NCBI GenBank assembly: GCA_016840035.1
Contig: JAEOTC010000102.1
Location: 1-25,715, forward strand
Origin: Candidatus Hodarchaeota archaeon
Lineage (GTDB): Archaea; Asgardarchaeota; Heimdallarchaeia; Hodarchaeales; Hodarchaeaceae
Reading direction: 5' to 3'
DNA: 25,715 nt
How positions within the stretch are numbered: the stretch's first letter is position 1; every line of letters begins with the position of its first letter. Made by a program: the position numbers and the translations under genes. The notes under the pieces are model-generated. The model was not told the origin of the DNA. It ran no database searches and saw only the letters and a list, made by a program, of their open reading frames with translations. Positions 18,501 through 25,715 of the stretch are shown piece after piece.

Positions 18501-19971
18501 ATCCTTAAATATAGACTTAAATCTTTTTAATAGTTTTAATCATGCTGTTATTGATGCCTCAGTTAGTGTATATGCTCGACGAGTTGACACAGATTTATTT
18601 CAGTCATATATTAGTGTACCTAGAGGTGATGGTACCTATTCTATTGAAATTGGCACCTCTGATTTGGAATTAGGGAAGTGGGAATTGTTTCCAGTAATAA
18701 ACGAAGAGCCTTATGACGAAATTACTATAAGTGATTACCAAGATAGTACAAACTTGAATTACCACCCATATATGACAGTTGATATTGTGGGCCAAGTTTT
18801 AACAACTTATCAAATGACTGCCAAGTCAGGTACTTTTAATCCAGAAATTTATGTAATGCAGAAGGTGACAGAAGGAGATAATGTCACAATAATTATTTCC
18901 ATACAAGATACTTATTATCATACGTTATCATCAGATGATATTAGCGTAACGGTATTTATGGATAATAGAACATACTTAGCATCTTCTACTGAGAAGGGAA
19001 TATTTACTACAACCCTTCTAACCGAAGGATTATATTTTGGTGAATATAATATTACTGTTTTCATATCTGGTAACTACGTTCAAGATCATCAAGAATATCT
19101 AATGTTAGATATTATTCCACAATTTCCTTTGATTGATTTTTCACCAGAATTTCTACTTTTACTTGGAATCATATCATTTATTGTGACTCTTCTATTGATT
19201 ATAGGTTTAAAAGTTACTCATGGTGCTTTTCAAAAATCAGAAGCTTCGGTGTTAAAATCGTTATTAATTGTAATGATTCTCACTACGATCTTCTTTGCTA
19301 TCACGATTGCAGGTAGTATATTCTTCTTTTTTGAAGTCGACCCAATGTTGACTTTTTTTGCATTACTAGTTGGATTTGGTGAAATTATTCTTTTATTCTT
19401 CTTTTGGTTTTCTCGAATTTCGTATCAATACACTCGAGAATTAAGAGTCGGAGTTAAAGCATGGATCCCAATCCTAATACTAGTAGGAGTTATTGCACTC
19501 ATGCTTAATGCAATGATGCTTGTTTCAACTGAAATAGAGTGGTTTGAGTATCGTATGGGTGATAACAGAATTGATTTACTTGTATTTTCTATTCCTCAGT
19601 TATTTTGGGATATTGGAATTGTTGGTTTTGCAACTGGATTTGTCTTTGTAGTTATTTCATCATTTTGGGAAACATACAAAAACATAAAAGAACTTAAAGC
19701 ATTAAACAGGAAAATTCAAGAGGATTACTATCCTAAGGAACCAGAAAAATTCGAAATTGAATTATCTAATATAACAAGTTCATCGTATGTATCACTTTTG
19801 ACATCGTTTATTGGTTGGTATCTACTCATAGTTTTCGCTTTTTTCACAACATTCCAGACCACACCTTATTTTCCTCTCATTGTTGCTGCGGGTATTCCAT
19901 TGGGAATTAATGTTATCATTTTCTTTAGAACAAAGGTTATCGAAATAATAAGATCAGTATTGGGATCCTAA
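15532..19971 (+). CDS. Large surface receptor-like protein: two FG-GAP/VCBS-type beta-propellers, Ig-like domains, C-terminal 7-TM domain
   Basis: Signal peptide; about 15 D(F/L)xxDxxxD(I/L)VV calcium-loop repeats in two blocks separated by an Ig-like domain (FWFWANDTMGN); two further Ig-like segments; seven hydrophobic stretches from about aa 1207. Confidence 0.85.
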   Translation: MKPDVLNKNKMYSKIVFFICFFIFILLLTPVTSINSHDPHSSDQSIVNRLTEVKSDLELAESKIPTADYEPEAYPSFQLKTISPSERQINFTTDTHPKLSYNQNFSALIGPYYEVFFDDFDGDNEPDLVIGSGGGLFIWNSTGGLLYLNTSIRPDTLTVGNITGDSTPDLVVCVSEDWFDDIPSRVYFIDGSDWSIIRYFEFPRIYGDIFDYDSGRSIAVADLVDNDSIDDVIVGTNEGDILGINGATGDLFMNITGEEWQNSSYILSVGSIAIANLTGDAVLDFYVSEGSSGGDIYAFDGATKSKLYHKVFTEPPFIYIEELDIIATDTSANNLEFLNKSTGELLYENTDSTGDIKVGELVDLDNDTIPDTIILGTDEGIWWINITTGETIKFTSEYPKITSLDFDHYTPSDNIIDIVAGSSTGIVTLNGENGAKLSYSEVADVLEVLVYYDINNDSFSEVVVITDISYYLGLYLSFSDNIDPVLKSCTLPELALQGHPLEFTITYSEPNLDTIQMGYFSGGVKYYTQPDSLTSSEAIFSLPPLKESSLLFWFWANDTMGNIGTEGNETDYYELILAGDSVYLNSDATDEITDIELADFTQDGILDIVLSSRDEAIYFIDGSNGSTIMTNTDPTWSIYSLCIIDFDNNNIPDIAASSLDAVYFINGSTGQTEYICDTIEGFLGNIDTGDFNGDNIEDIVVTTQDEPDYFNAIYFIDGATGVFMHGVVGFNNPSEVGVADFNTDGIDDVVLTTDDGIVWFFDGSDSLNYKNNTDTEAGFINLYNVQLAIADFTNDSVPDIAASSYTNTGVESYSSVLIIDGSSWSTLYETSHIEFASISNLATGDFNGDNIPDIVASAATGSETGILVLFDGSTGEMLYNLTFQGEITHPDQLELVDFNSDNIPDIVVTTEGPNAVNIVDGRTFKLKYTKDLDSTASGSLKVANFNDNELPEIVLAGSGSDLNLKVIQALGLLDDLRFSLSSPTGISQGESLNIDLNLFNSFNHAVIDASVSVYARRVDTDLFQSYISVPRGDGTYSIEIGTSDLELGKWELFPVINEEPYDEITISDYQDSTNLNYHPYMTVDIVGQVLTTYQMTAKSGTFNPEIYVMQKVTEGDNVTIIISIQDTYYHTLSSDDISVTVFMDNRTYLASSTEKGIFTTTLLTEGLYFGEYNITVFISGNYVQDHQEYLMLDIIPQFPLIDFSPEFLLLLGIISFIVTLLLIIGLKVTHGAFQKSEASVLKSLLIVMILTTIFFAITIAGSIFFFFEVDPMLTFFALLVGFGEIILLFFFWFSRISYQYTRELRVGVKAWIPILILVGVIALMLNAMMLVSTEIEWFEYRMGDNRIDLLVFSIPQLFWDIGIVGFATGFVFVVISSFWETYKNIKELKALNRKIQEDYYPKEPEKFEIELSNITSSSYVSLLTSFIGWYLLIVFAFFTTFQTTPYFPLIVAAGIPLGINVIIFFRTKVIEIIRSVLGS

Positions 19972-19974
19972 TTC

Positions 19975-20022
19975 GGGAAAGATGGGAATCCCTGCTAGGT
20001 TACTTCTAGCTCTTTCCCCATC
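19975..20022. terminator. Stem-loop between convergent genes (possible terminator or 3' stabiliser)
   Basis: GGGAAAGA 19975-19982 pairs with TCTTTCCC 20011-20018, enclosing GCTAG/CTAGC. It begins 4 bp after the stop codon. Confidence 0.4.
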
Positions 20023-20075
20023 CCTCTTTGATATATTTCTCATCTAGCCTGACATAATTTTGATTATAGAAAATA

Positions 20076-20103
20076 GAAACTTCCAATAGAGTTTTTAAGG
20101 CAT
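20076..20103 (+). repeat. dif/Xer-like 11-6-11 site (candidate)
   Basis: GAAACTTCCAA-TAGAGT-TTTTAAGGCAT. The right arm is 9/11 identical to 11012-11022. It lies between convergent genes and abuts the TrmB stop codon. Confidence 0.5.
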
Positions 20104-20903
20104 TAAGCAACATTAGAACTACTAAAGAATGAAGTAATATTAATTAAACTTGTATCTGAGGTCCAAATAGCGTATACATTGGGGGAAGCCCAATTAGAAA
20201 CTGAAAGCAGATAATTTTGATCGACCATTAAGTAAAAACAATCGCAACATCGTTTGCATATAGTCAATGGTATTTCTGGTAAGTGTGAAGAATCTTCTCT
20301 TAATTTATTCAGAGATTTTTGACATAATCCCGCATTAATCTTTATTCCGGCATCTTGTAACTCCATTAATACAGGCTCAAACTCAAAATACAACTTCGGG
20401 TTGGGAAATCGGATAAGTACCTCTTGACCAACTTTAGCTAACTCTTGATGTATCTTGGCTATAATTGCTCTTCTCCCTTTAATAATGAATGCCATAACTG
20501 ATGGAATTGTAGAAGATGAATCGAATAGAGGAGTTAGTCGTAAGTTTAACTCCTTTACTACCTCCTTTTTCTTAGCATATTCTTTTTCAATAAGTTCTTG
20601 AAGGTTAAGAAGTCCTTCAGATAGTGGTGCAACAATATAATGCTTGGGAGAGGTATTCAGAACCATTAGTATGCCTAGTTGCTCGAGTTCACTCAAAATA
20701 CTATAAATTCTCGAACTTTTTACTCCTGTTGCTCTACAAAGATTACCTGCAGTGGCTTCTTTCTGTTTCACTAATTCCAAATAAACTTGTGCTTGAGTTT
20801 GCGAAAGTCCTGCCTCTATCAGTAAATTCACTAATTTTCCTAGTGTTGAATCAGTGTAAAAATCAGATTTTTCGGATATGGAATTTCCCATGATGTCCAT
20901 CAT
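20103..20903 (-). CDS. TrmB family transcriptional regulator
   Basis: GLSQTQAQVYLEL...TAGNLCRATGVKSSRIYSILSELEQLG...PKHY, coiled coil, IIKGR, and an effector domain with CKRCCDCF..MVD. Confidence 0.9.
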   Translation of the reverse strand: MMDIMGNSISEKSDFYTDSTLGKLVNLLIEAGLSQTQAQVYLELVKQKEATAGNLCRATGVKSSRIYSILSELEQLGILMVLNTSPKHYIVAPLSEGLLNLQELIEKEYAKKKEVVKELNLRLTPLFDSSSTIPSVMAFIIKGRRAIIAKIHQELAKVGQEVLIRFPNPKLYFEFEPVLMELQDAGIKINAGLCQKSLNKLREDSSHLPEIPLTICKRCCDCFYLMVDQNYLLSVSNWASPNVYAIWTSDTSLINITSFFSSSNVA

Positions 20904-20924
20904 TACCTCAAAAAGTTTCTACTT

Positions 20925-20959
20925 GCTACTATTAGTACTTAGTAGCTAACGTTTATATA
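20925..20959. promoter_or_regulatory. TrmB-type operator and bidirectional TATA in a divergent promoter
   Basis: TACT-ATT-AGTA (20927-20937) lies inside the inverted repeat GCTACTA-N8-TAGTAGC (20925-20946). TTTATATA at 20952-20959 reads TATATAAA on the minus strand. Confidence 0.65.
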
Positions 20960-21000
20960 GATTTTCCTGTCTATAATTATCCTGATAATGAGATTTCGGG

Positions 21001-21600
21001 ATGATTCGAATGAAAAAACGAGAAATTTTTAATAAATTGTTTGAAAATGGAATTTCTTACCAAAATTATGTTAATAGAAGTGTTAACTATCAAGAAAAAA
21101 TGGAAGCTAATTATACTGCAGCACAAAAAGCAGCTCAAAAGTTATCAAGGGATCAAATTAATCAAATGAATCAAAAATTACATGTCCTGTGTATTGCGGA
21201 AAATTGGTGTATTGATTGTGCAAATGGAGTTCCCATTATAGCTGTAATTGCAAATCTAATGACAAATTGGGATTTTCGGATTATATCTCGAGATGAGTGG
21301 AAAGAAGGTTTCGATGCATTCTACACTACTGCTGGAAGGAGAAAAATTCCAGTTATTATATTTGCAGATGACGATGGAGATGAGATTATGAGGTGGATTG
21401 AAAGACCAACAAGAAGTTACCAGCTTCTAGGAAAATTAAAGGAACAAAAGTTATCAAAAGAGGAATTTATCCAAAAATACACTGACACGCTTGAATTTCA
21501 ACCTCCCTTTGTTTCTGAAGAGATTATTTCGGAGTTATTTTTTGCAGCAGAAAAAGCTGCATCAATTGTACGCGCTAATCCCACATCAAAAAAGAAGTAA
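21001..21600 (+). CDS. Thioredoxin family protein (Thioredoxin_9-like)
   Basis: LCIAENWCIDCANGVP active site, RIISRD, G.RKIPVIIF, WIERP. Confidence 0.9.
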   Translation: MIRMKKREIFNKLFENGISYQNYVNRSVNYQEKMEANYTAAQKAAQKLSRDQINQMNQKLHVLCIAENWCIDCANGVPIIAVIANLMTNWDFRIISRDEWKEGFDAFYTTAGRRKIPVIIFADDDGDEIMRWIERPTRSYQLLGKLKEQKLSKEEFIQKYTDTLEFQPPFVSEEIISELFFAAEKAASIVRANPTSKKK

Positions 21601-21704
21601 AATACAATTAATAAATTACACTCGGTTTTTCAAATAGCTGAATGTTTTTTTAAGGAGAAAAATCTCAAACATATAATTCAAGACAATTCCAATTTGGGTT
21701 TATT

Positions 21705-22184
21705 ATGGACAAACCGAGAACGTTTGATGAGATTCTAACAAGCGCATATAAACGGATGCATCGATACACTTGTGCAGAAGCCTCACTCCAAGCATTGCTA
21801 GAATTATGGGATTTACCGACTGAACCCCTATCTTGGGCATCTGCTGGTTACTTAGGGGCTATTGGATCGGGTTTCACTACATGTGGTCTAATAATAGGGA
21901 GTTCCATTGCAATTGGTCATAAGTGTGGTTATCTACTTCAGGGAATACCAGAAGAGAATGAGGAAGCTAGGGAAAAGGCAATCCAATTGGTCAATGAGCT
22001 TTATACGGATTTTTATTCTAAGTTTGAGAGTACTGATTGTAAATCTCTGAATACGGTCGATTTTCGTCAAGGGGAAGAAATTACCGATTGGATGATTCAA
22101 AAGGGATGGAAACAGACCTGTGACGTTTTTTTAGACTTTACTATAAGGAAATGCAACTCAATGGCGGAAGAAGGAAGAATCTAG
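21705..22184 (+). CDS. C_GCAxxG_C_C family putative redox-active protein
   Basis: YTCAEA, GAIG...TCGLIIG, F..KFESTDCKSL and a final QTC, matching the family's four-Cys spacing. Confidence 0.8.
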   Translation: MDKPRTFDEILTSAYKRMHRYTCAEASLQALLELWDLPTEPLSWASAGYLGAIGSGFTTCGLIIGSSIAIGHKCGYLLQGIPEENEEAREKAIQLVNELYTDFYSKFESTDCKSLNTVDFRQGEEITDWMIQKGWKQTCDVFLDFTIRKCNSMAEEGRI

Positions 22185-22214
22185 CTTTTCTTTGCAGAAT
22201 TCTGAATTAAATTT

Positions 22215-23627
22215 TTAAGTAAAATGACTAAAAAAAGTTAAAAAGTAGTACAAAGATAATTGACTAGACAATCCGCTTATAAGTCCATCAAACGAATGAT
22301 TAGCCCAGGGAATTTCCAGATACATGTACTCATTGTGGGTAGAATTTAATGCGTGTTGAAGATCCCGGGAATTCCTCACAGATACCAGCGCATCTAGCGA
22401 CCCTGCTGCAATAAACGTTGGTACCATGCCTGATCTATTAATATAACTTACAGGTGACGCTAAATCATATAGAAATGAATCTTCATTCGAGGTCACACCT
22501 AAAATCCGAGAAGACATTTGAGATATCTTACTAATACCATAGATAGATGCGACTCCCCTAACCTTAAGTTCAGAGTAGGTATAATTTCCACAATTCTCAT
22601 TGAAATATGTCACATTTGTCCCGTAAGCAGCCACTAACGATAGTTGAGCTCCAGAGGATCGACCAAATAGAAAAATATTATCCTTATCTCCAGAATAGTG
22701 CTCAGCATTCTCTTTAGCAAACACGATGGCATCACGAACGTCATGAAGCATTCCAGTAAATCTTACCTCAGGATATAATCTATAATTTATTGCAAATACG
22801 GTAAATCCATGAAAAGCAAAGAATTGTGATACACTCTTAATTGGAATATCACTTTTCGATCCGCTAATCCATCCTCCTCCATGAATAACAATTAGAATTG
22901 GATTGGGATTATTCTCATTTGGTATATAGTATACATCAAGACTACTGAAATTGTTGTATTGAATGTTTTTTTGGATCCTAAGTATCGAGGAATCGTAGGA
23001 GTAACCATTCAGATAAACATTGAGAGAAAAAGGTGTTTGTAAGGGAACTAGATCAGAATTAGTATTGAATTCCAAAAACTCTTCTGAAGATACATGTGGA
23101 CGAATTGAAGTAACTTGGAAATAGGGGTAAATAATGATGACAAATAGTATTAACGTCGAAAGAAAGCTAACCTGATGAATTTTGGATAATTTCTGTATTT
23201 CACCAGTAGTAAATTTCTGAAAACTTATCCTTAGGCCGATGTAAATTATAATAACCGTCAATTTTACTCCGATCCAGAAATTGAACTCCTTTAACCAGTA
23301 AGCTGAAAAGGAGAAACCTAAAATATAAAAGATCCATGAACCGAGAATTAGAAAACCTATCATTGTCTTCCAATCTCGAATCATTCGAGTCAGGAAGGTA
23401 TTAGACACATCAGACTTATCATTCTTGTAGAAAAGATAAATATGATAAATGATAACAAGACTTAAAATTAACAGGAATGAATATTGGTACATTTGAATCC
23501 CAAAGATCACGATGATACTCTCGAGAATGTACCGAAGAATCACAGGGAGAATTACAAACGCTAAGAGAAGAGCTAGAAGTACTAGTAACCATTTTATTCC
23601 TCTAACAAGGAATTTACTCTTTTTCAT
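22215..23627 (-). CDS. Membrane-bound HSL-family (BD-FAE-like) esterase/lipase
   Basis: About 5 N-terminal TM segments; IHGGGW, INYRL, GRSSG nucleophile, GSLDALV (Asp), ANHSFD (His). Confidence 0.9.
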   Translation of the reverse strand: MKKSKFLVRGIKWLLVLLALLLAFVILPVILRYILESIIVIFGIQMYQYSFLLILSLVIIYHIYLFYKNDKSDVSNTFLTRMIRDWKTMIGFLILGSWIFYILGFSFSAYWLKEFNFWIGVKLTVIIIYIGLRISFQKFTTGEIQKLSKIHQVSFLSTLILFVIIIYPYFQVTSIRPHVSSEEFLEFNTNSDLVPLQTPFSLNVYLNGYSYDSSILRIQKNIQYNNFSSLDVYYIPNENNPNPILIVIHGGGWISGSKSDIPIKSVSQFFAFHGFTVFAINYRLYPEVRFTGMLHDVRDAIVFAKENAEHYSGDKDNIFLFGRSSGAQLSLVAAYGTNVTYFNENCGNYTYSELKVRGVASIYGISKISQMSSRILGVTSNEDSFLYDLASPVSYINRSGMVPTFIAAGSLDALVSVRNSRDLQHALNSTHNEYMYLEIPWANHSFDGLISGLSSQLSLYYFLTFFSHFT

Positions 23628-23640
23628 TTTGTATCGATTT

Positions 23641-23665
23641 AATGTCTTTTATCCATCAAACATTT
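23641..23665 (+). repeat. Dispersed intergenic repeat
   Basis: AATGTCTTTTATCCATCAAACATTT is 20/25 identical to 6391-6415 and fills most of a 41-bp intergenic gap. Confidence 0.65.
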
Positions 23666-23668
23666 CTC

Positions 23669-25426
23669 TTATTTTTTCCTAAAACGCTTTTTTTGCCTTC
23701 TAGTTATGAAAGTAACTCCAATTAAAAAGAAAATACCACTAGATGGGGCACTAGATGGTTCAGTAGTTGTTGAGAGGGTAAGAGTGGTAGTTGTTGTTGT
23801 TGTTGTATCTGGTAATTCTGAGGTTATGGTAAACGGACTATCCGAAATTATCTCAGTTTCTAATCCATCTGTAGAACAAACTTTCACCTTCAATAAATAG
23901 TTGCCTTCTGGATATGAACTAATATCCCAGGTATAAGACGTATCCAGTAAGCTAGAAGAAATTTCAGTCCATTCGACTGCAGAAACAATTTTTGTATGAA
24001 CGTTATACGATAAAACACGTTTTAATGGGTTTGCTGACGGAGTCCATTCTATAGTAACAACTCCTGTTACTTCTTGACCACTAGAGGGATATAAAATACT
24101 AATAGGTGCTAATGTTCCGGTACTGTATACTAATGGTCTTGAATCCTCATTTACAGAGTTCCCCAAAAAGCTGTAGGGTTGATCCACGATGCCATCATTG
24201 TTTGAATCCGGGGAAGTGTAATCAGACCAATAGTTATAACTAACATTGTTTTCTTCAAATGTATTATCAAAATCTGTTACTTGTGAATTGCCTGTAGGAT
24301 TGTTATTGATGAATTCATTTCTGAATATCTGATTATTTGATGAGACTTCAAGTATCAACCCGAAAGCGGTAGAATTTTTAATTAAATTGTCATAATACAT
24401 TGCTGAATCTGCGTTCCAACTGTGAATTCCGTCGTGGTTATTCAAAAGTATGTTATGAGATATAATCGAATTATTCACGATATTTCTTGCATGTATACCT
24501 ATTTCATTTCCTATCAATGTATTGTACGAAACATTAGTATTCCAGCTAAACAATAATAAAATCCCATAATAATCATCTTGAACCTCATTCCATTCAACAA
24601 CTGAATGATTTGAGTACCGTATAGTTATTCCCTGTGTACCAGCACCATAGATTTTATTATGCAATACTGTTGCATTGGGAGAGTTAGTAGAGGCAAGAGA
24701 ATGAGCAACCATATTCCTGATGACAGTGTTATTCAAGAGCGAACTGTGAGGTGATCCATCCGCAAGTTCTATTGCTGCATAATAACTTTCAAACACATAA
24801 TTATTTGCGACATATGCATAAGGTGATCCATAAACATACATTCCATAACCAGTCGAGAGACTAGTTCCTGCATGAATAACTCGGTTATATGTTATTTTTG
24901 ACCTTCGGGAACTATGAAGCGTTATTCCGTCTTGGTACGAATTTTCAACCGTATTATTCTTAATCATGGCATAGGGGGAAGATTCTAACCATATTCCTTC
25001 GGATCCACTGTTAATTACAGTTGTATTCACGATTTGGCCATACGTGACATTGGAAAAGTGTATACCATCAGCTCCTCCATCGAGGTAACAACCTGTGATT
25101 CGGAAGTGTAAATTTGTATTACGAATCGTGATTCTATTCCCAGAGGTACCTGAAATATTTAGATTTTGTATTAACAGTGGATGTGTAATGTTCCCTAACA
25201 AAAAAACATCCCCACTAGCATTTACAAAGTCGATTAACTCTTGATTTCCATTTATTAATAATGGAGGAGTATCAATTAAACTTATCGAAGAACTGATATT
25301 ATGGCTTCTATGTTGCGTACCAGCATTCAATATCCTAATAGATGACCCTAAGAACACTAAAAGTGTAATAAATACCAGAAAGAATACTAGCTTTTTCTTG
25401 TCATTATTTCTTTTGTCCTTTCTCAT
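23669..25426 (-). CDS. Surface protein: parallel beta-helix (NosD-like), Ig/FN3-like domain, Thr-rich linker, C-terminal anchor; paralog of 2477..5113
   Basis: Signal peptide; GIxLxxSxxxxIxNN repeats; NYWSDYTSPDSNNDGIVDQPY; YTWDISSYPEGNYLLKV; tail TTTTTTTT...SGIFFLIGVTFITRRQKKRFRKK. Confidence 0.88.
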   Translation of the reverse strand: MRKDKRNNDKKKLVFFLVFITLLVFLGSSIRILNAGTQHRSHNISSSISLIDTPPLLINGNQELIDFVNASGDVFLLGNITHPLLIQNLNISGTSGNRITIRNTNLHFRITGCYLDGGADGIHFSNVTYGQIVNTTVINSGSEGIWLESSPYAMIKNNTVENSYQDGITLHSSRRSKITYNRVIHAGTSLSTGYGMYVYGSPYAYVANNYVFESYYAAIELADGSPHSSLLNNTVIRNMVAHSLASTNSPNATVLHNKIYGAGTQGITIRYSNHSVVEWNEVQDDYYGILLLFSWNTNVSYNTLIGNEIGIHARNIVNNSIISHNILLNNHDGIHSWNADSAMYYDNLIKNSTAFGLILEVSSNNQIFRNEFINNNPTGNSQVTDFDNTFEENNVSYNYWSDYTSPDSNNDGIVDQPYSFLGNSVNEDSRPLVYSTGTLAPISILYPSSGQEVTGVVTIEWTPSANPLKRVLSYNVHTKIVSAVEWTEISSSLLDTSYTWDISSYPEGNYLLKVKVCSTDGLETEIISDSPFTITSELPDTTTTTTTTLTLSTTTEPSSAPSSGIFFLIGVTFITRRQKKRFRKK

Positions 25427-25715
25427 CTCTTTTCTTCCTGAAAAATTTGATTAGTGCTTCTTTAGGGATAAGTTCCTATTTAAAGTTAGAGTTCCGAATA
25501 AAAGTTTCTTTGTTTTTTGTAGTACTCAGTTTCATTCAATAATTGGTTTTACTTTATTCTAGTAATTCAATTCTGATTGAGATAGATCATAAGACTTGGT
25601 TGTGGAGAAGATTCTTGGGAAAGTCCATAGAATCTAAATTGGGCATCTAGAAAAGTATTCAAAAATGATATTTGCCAACGACTTTTCTTTGAATTTAATG
25701 TAGCATTAATAGATA

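Noticed and set aside
83-23900. Short ORFs overlapping larger genes (83, 561, 2511, 4553, 5767, 9997, 10250, 10639, 11667, 11828, 15259, 16419, 18204, 20624, 23706)
   Set aside because: They are antisense or alternate-frame shadows of well-supported genes; the poly-Val ones mirror Thr-rich linkers.
1-25715. CRISPR array, tRNA/rRNA, IS or transposase
   Set aside because: No regularly spaced repeats, cloverleaf or rRNA-like tract, or transposase/integrase motifs were seen.
1-25715. Genome-wide TAA/TAG reassignment
   Set aside because: Intact genes end in TAA or TAG at the expected family C-termini (for example GPPE-TAA and RKKK-TAG).

Overview
AT-rich archaeal accessory region, most likely from an Asgard archaeon (Heimdallarchaeia-like). 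This placement is inferred from a TrmB regulator, GGTGA/AGGAGG ribosome-binding sites and PGF/Heimdall-CTERM-like tails, not from a marker gene. The window is a patchwork of short, independently oriented gene units with no housekeeping genes, RNA genes, CRISPR array or recombinase/transposase. It encodes five surface proteins with C-terminal sorting-like tails (two NosD-type beta-helix proteins, a lipase, a beta-propeller, a LamG-like protein). It also encodes a membrane-anchored wHTH regulator with a truncated paralog, small-molecule enzymes, a DUF433/DUF5615 toxin-antitoxin pair with a nonsense-interrupted toxin, and a TrmB/thioredoxin/C_GCAxxG_C_C redox unit. Two candidates stand out. (1) A 1479-aa protein combines two FG-GAP (integrin-alpha-type) propellers, Ig-like stalk domains and a 7-helix N-out/C-in membrane domain, an adhesion-GPCR-like architecture. 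(2) A dispersed family of degenerate 11-6-11 bp dif/Xer-like sites and short direct repeats sits at most junctions between gene units, including convergent ones, suggesting a recombinational gene-cassette system. All family calls come from reading motifs by eye; no searches were run.
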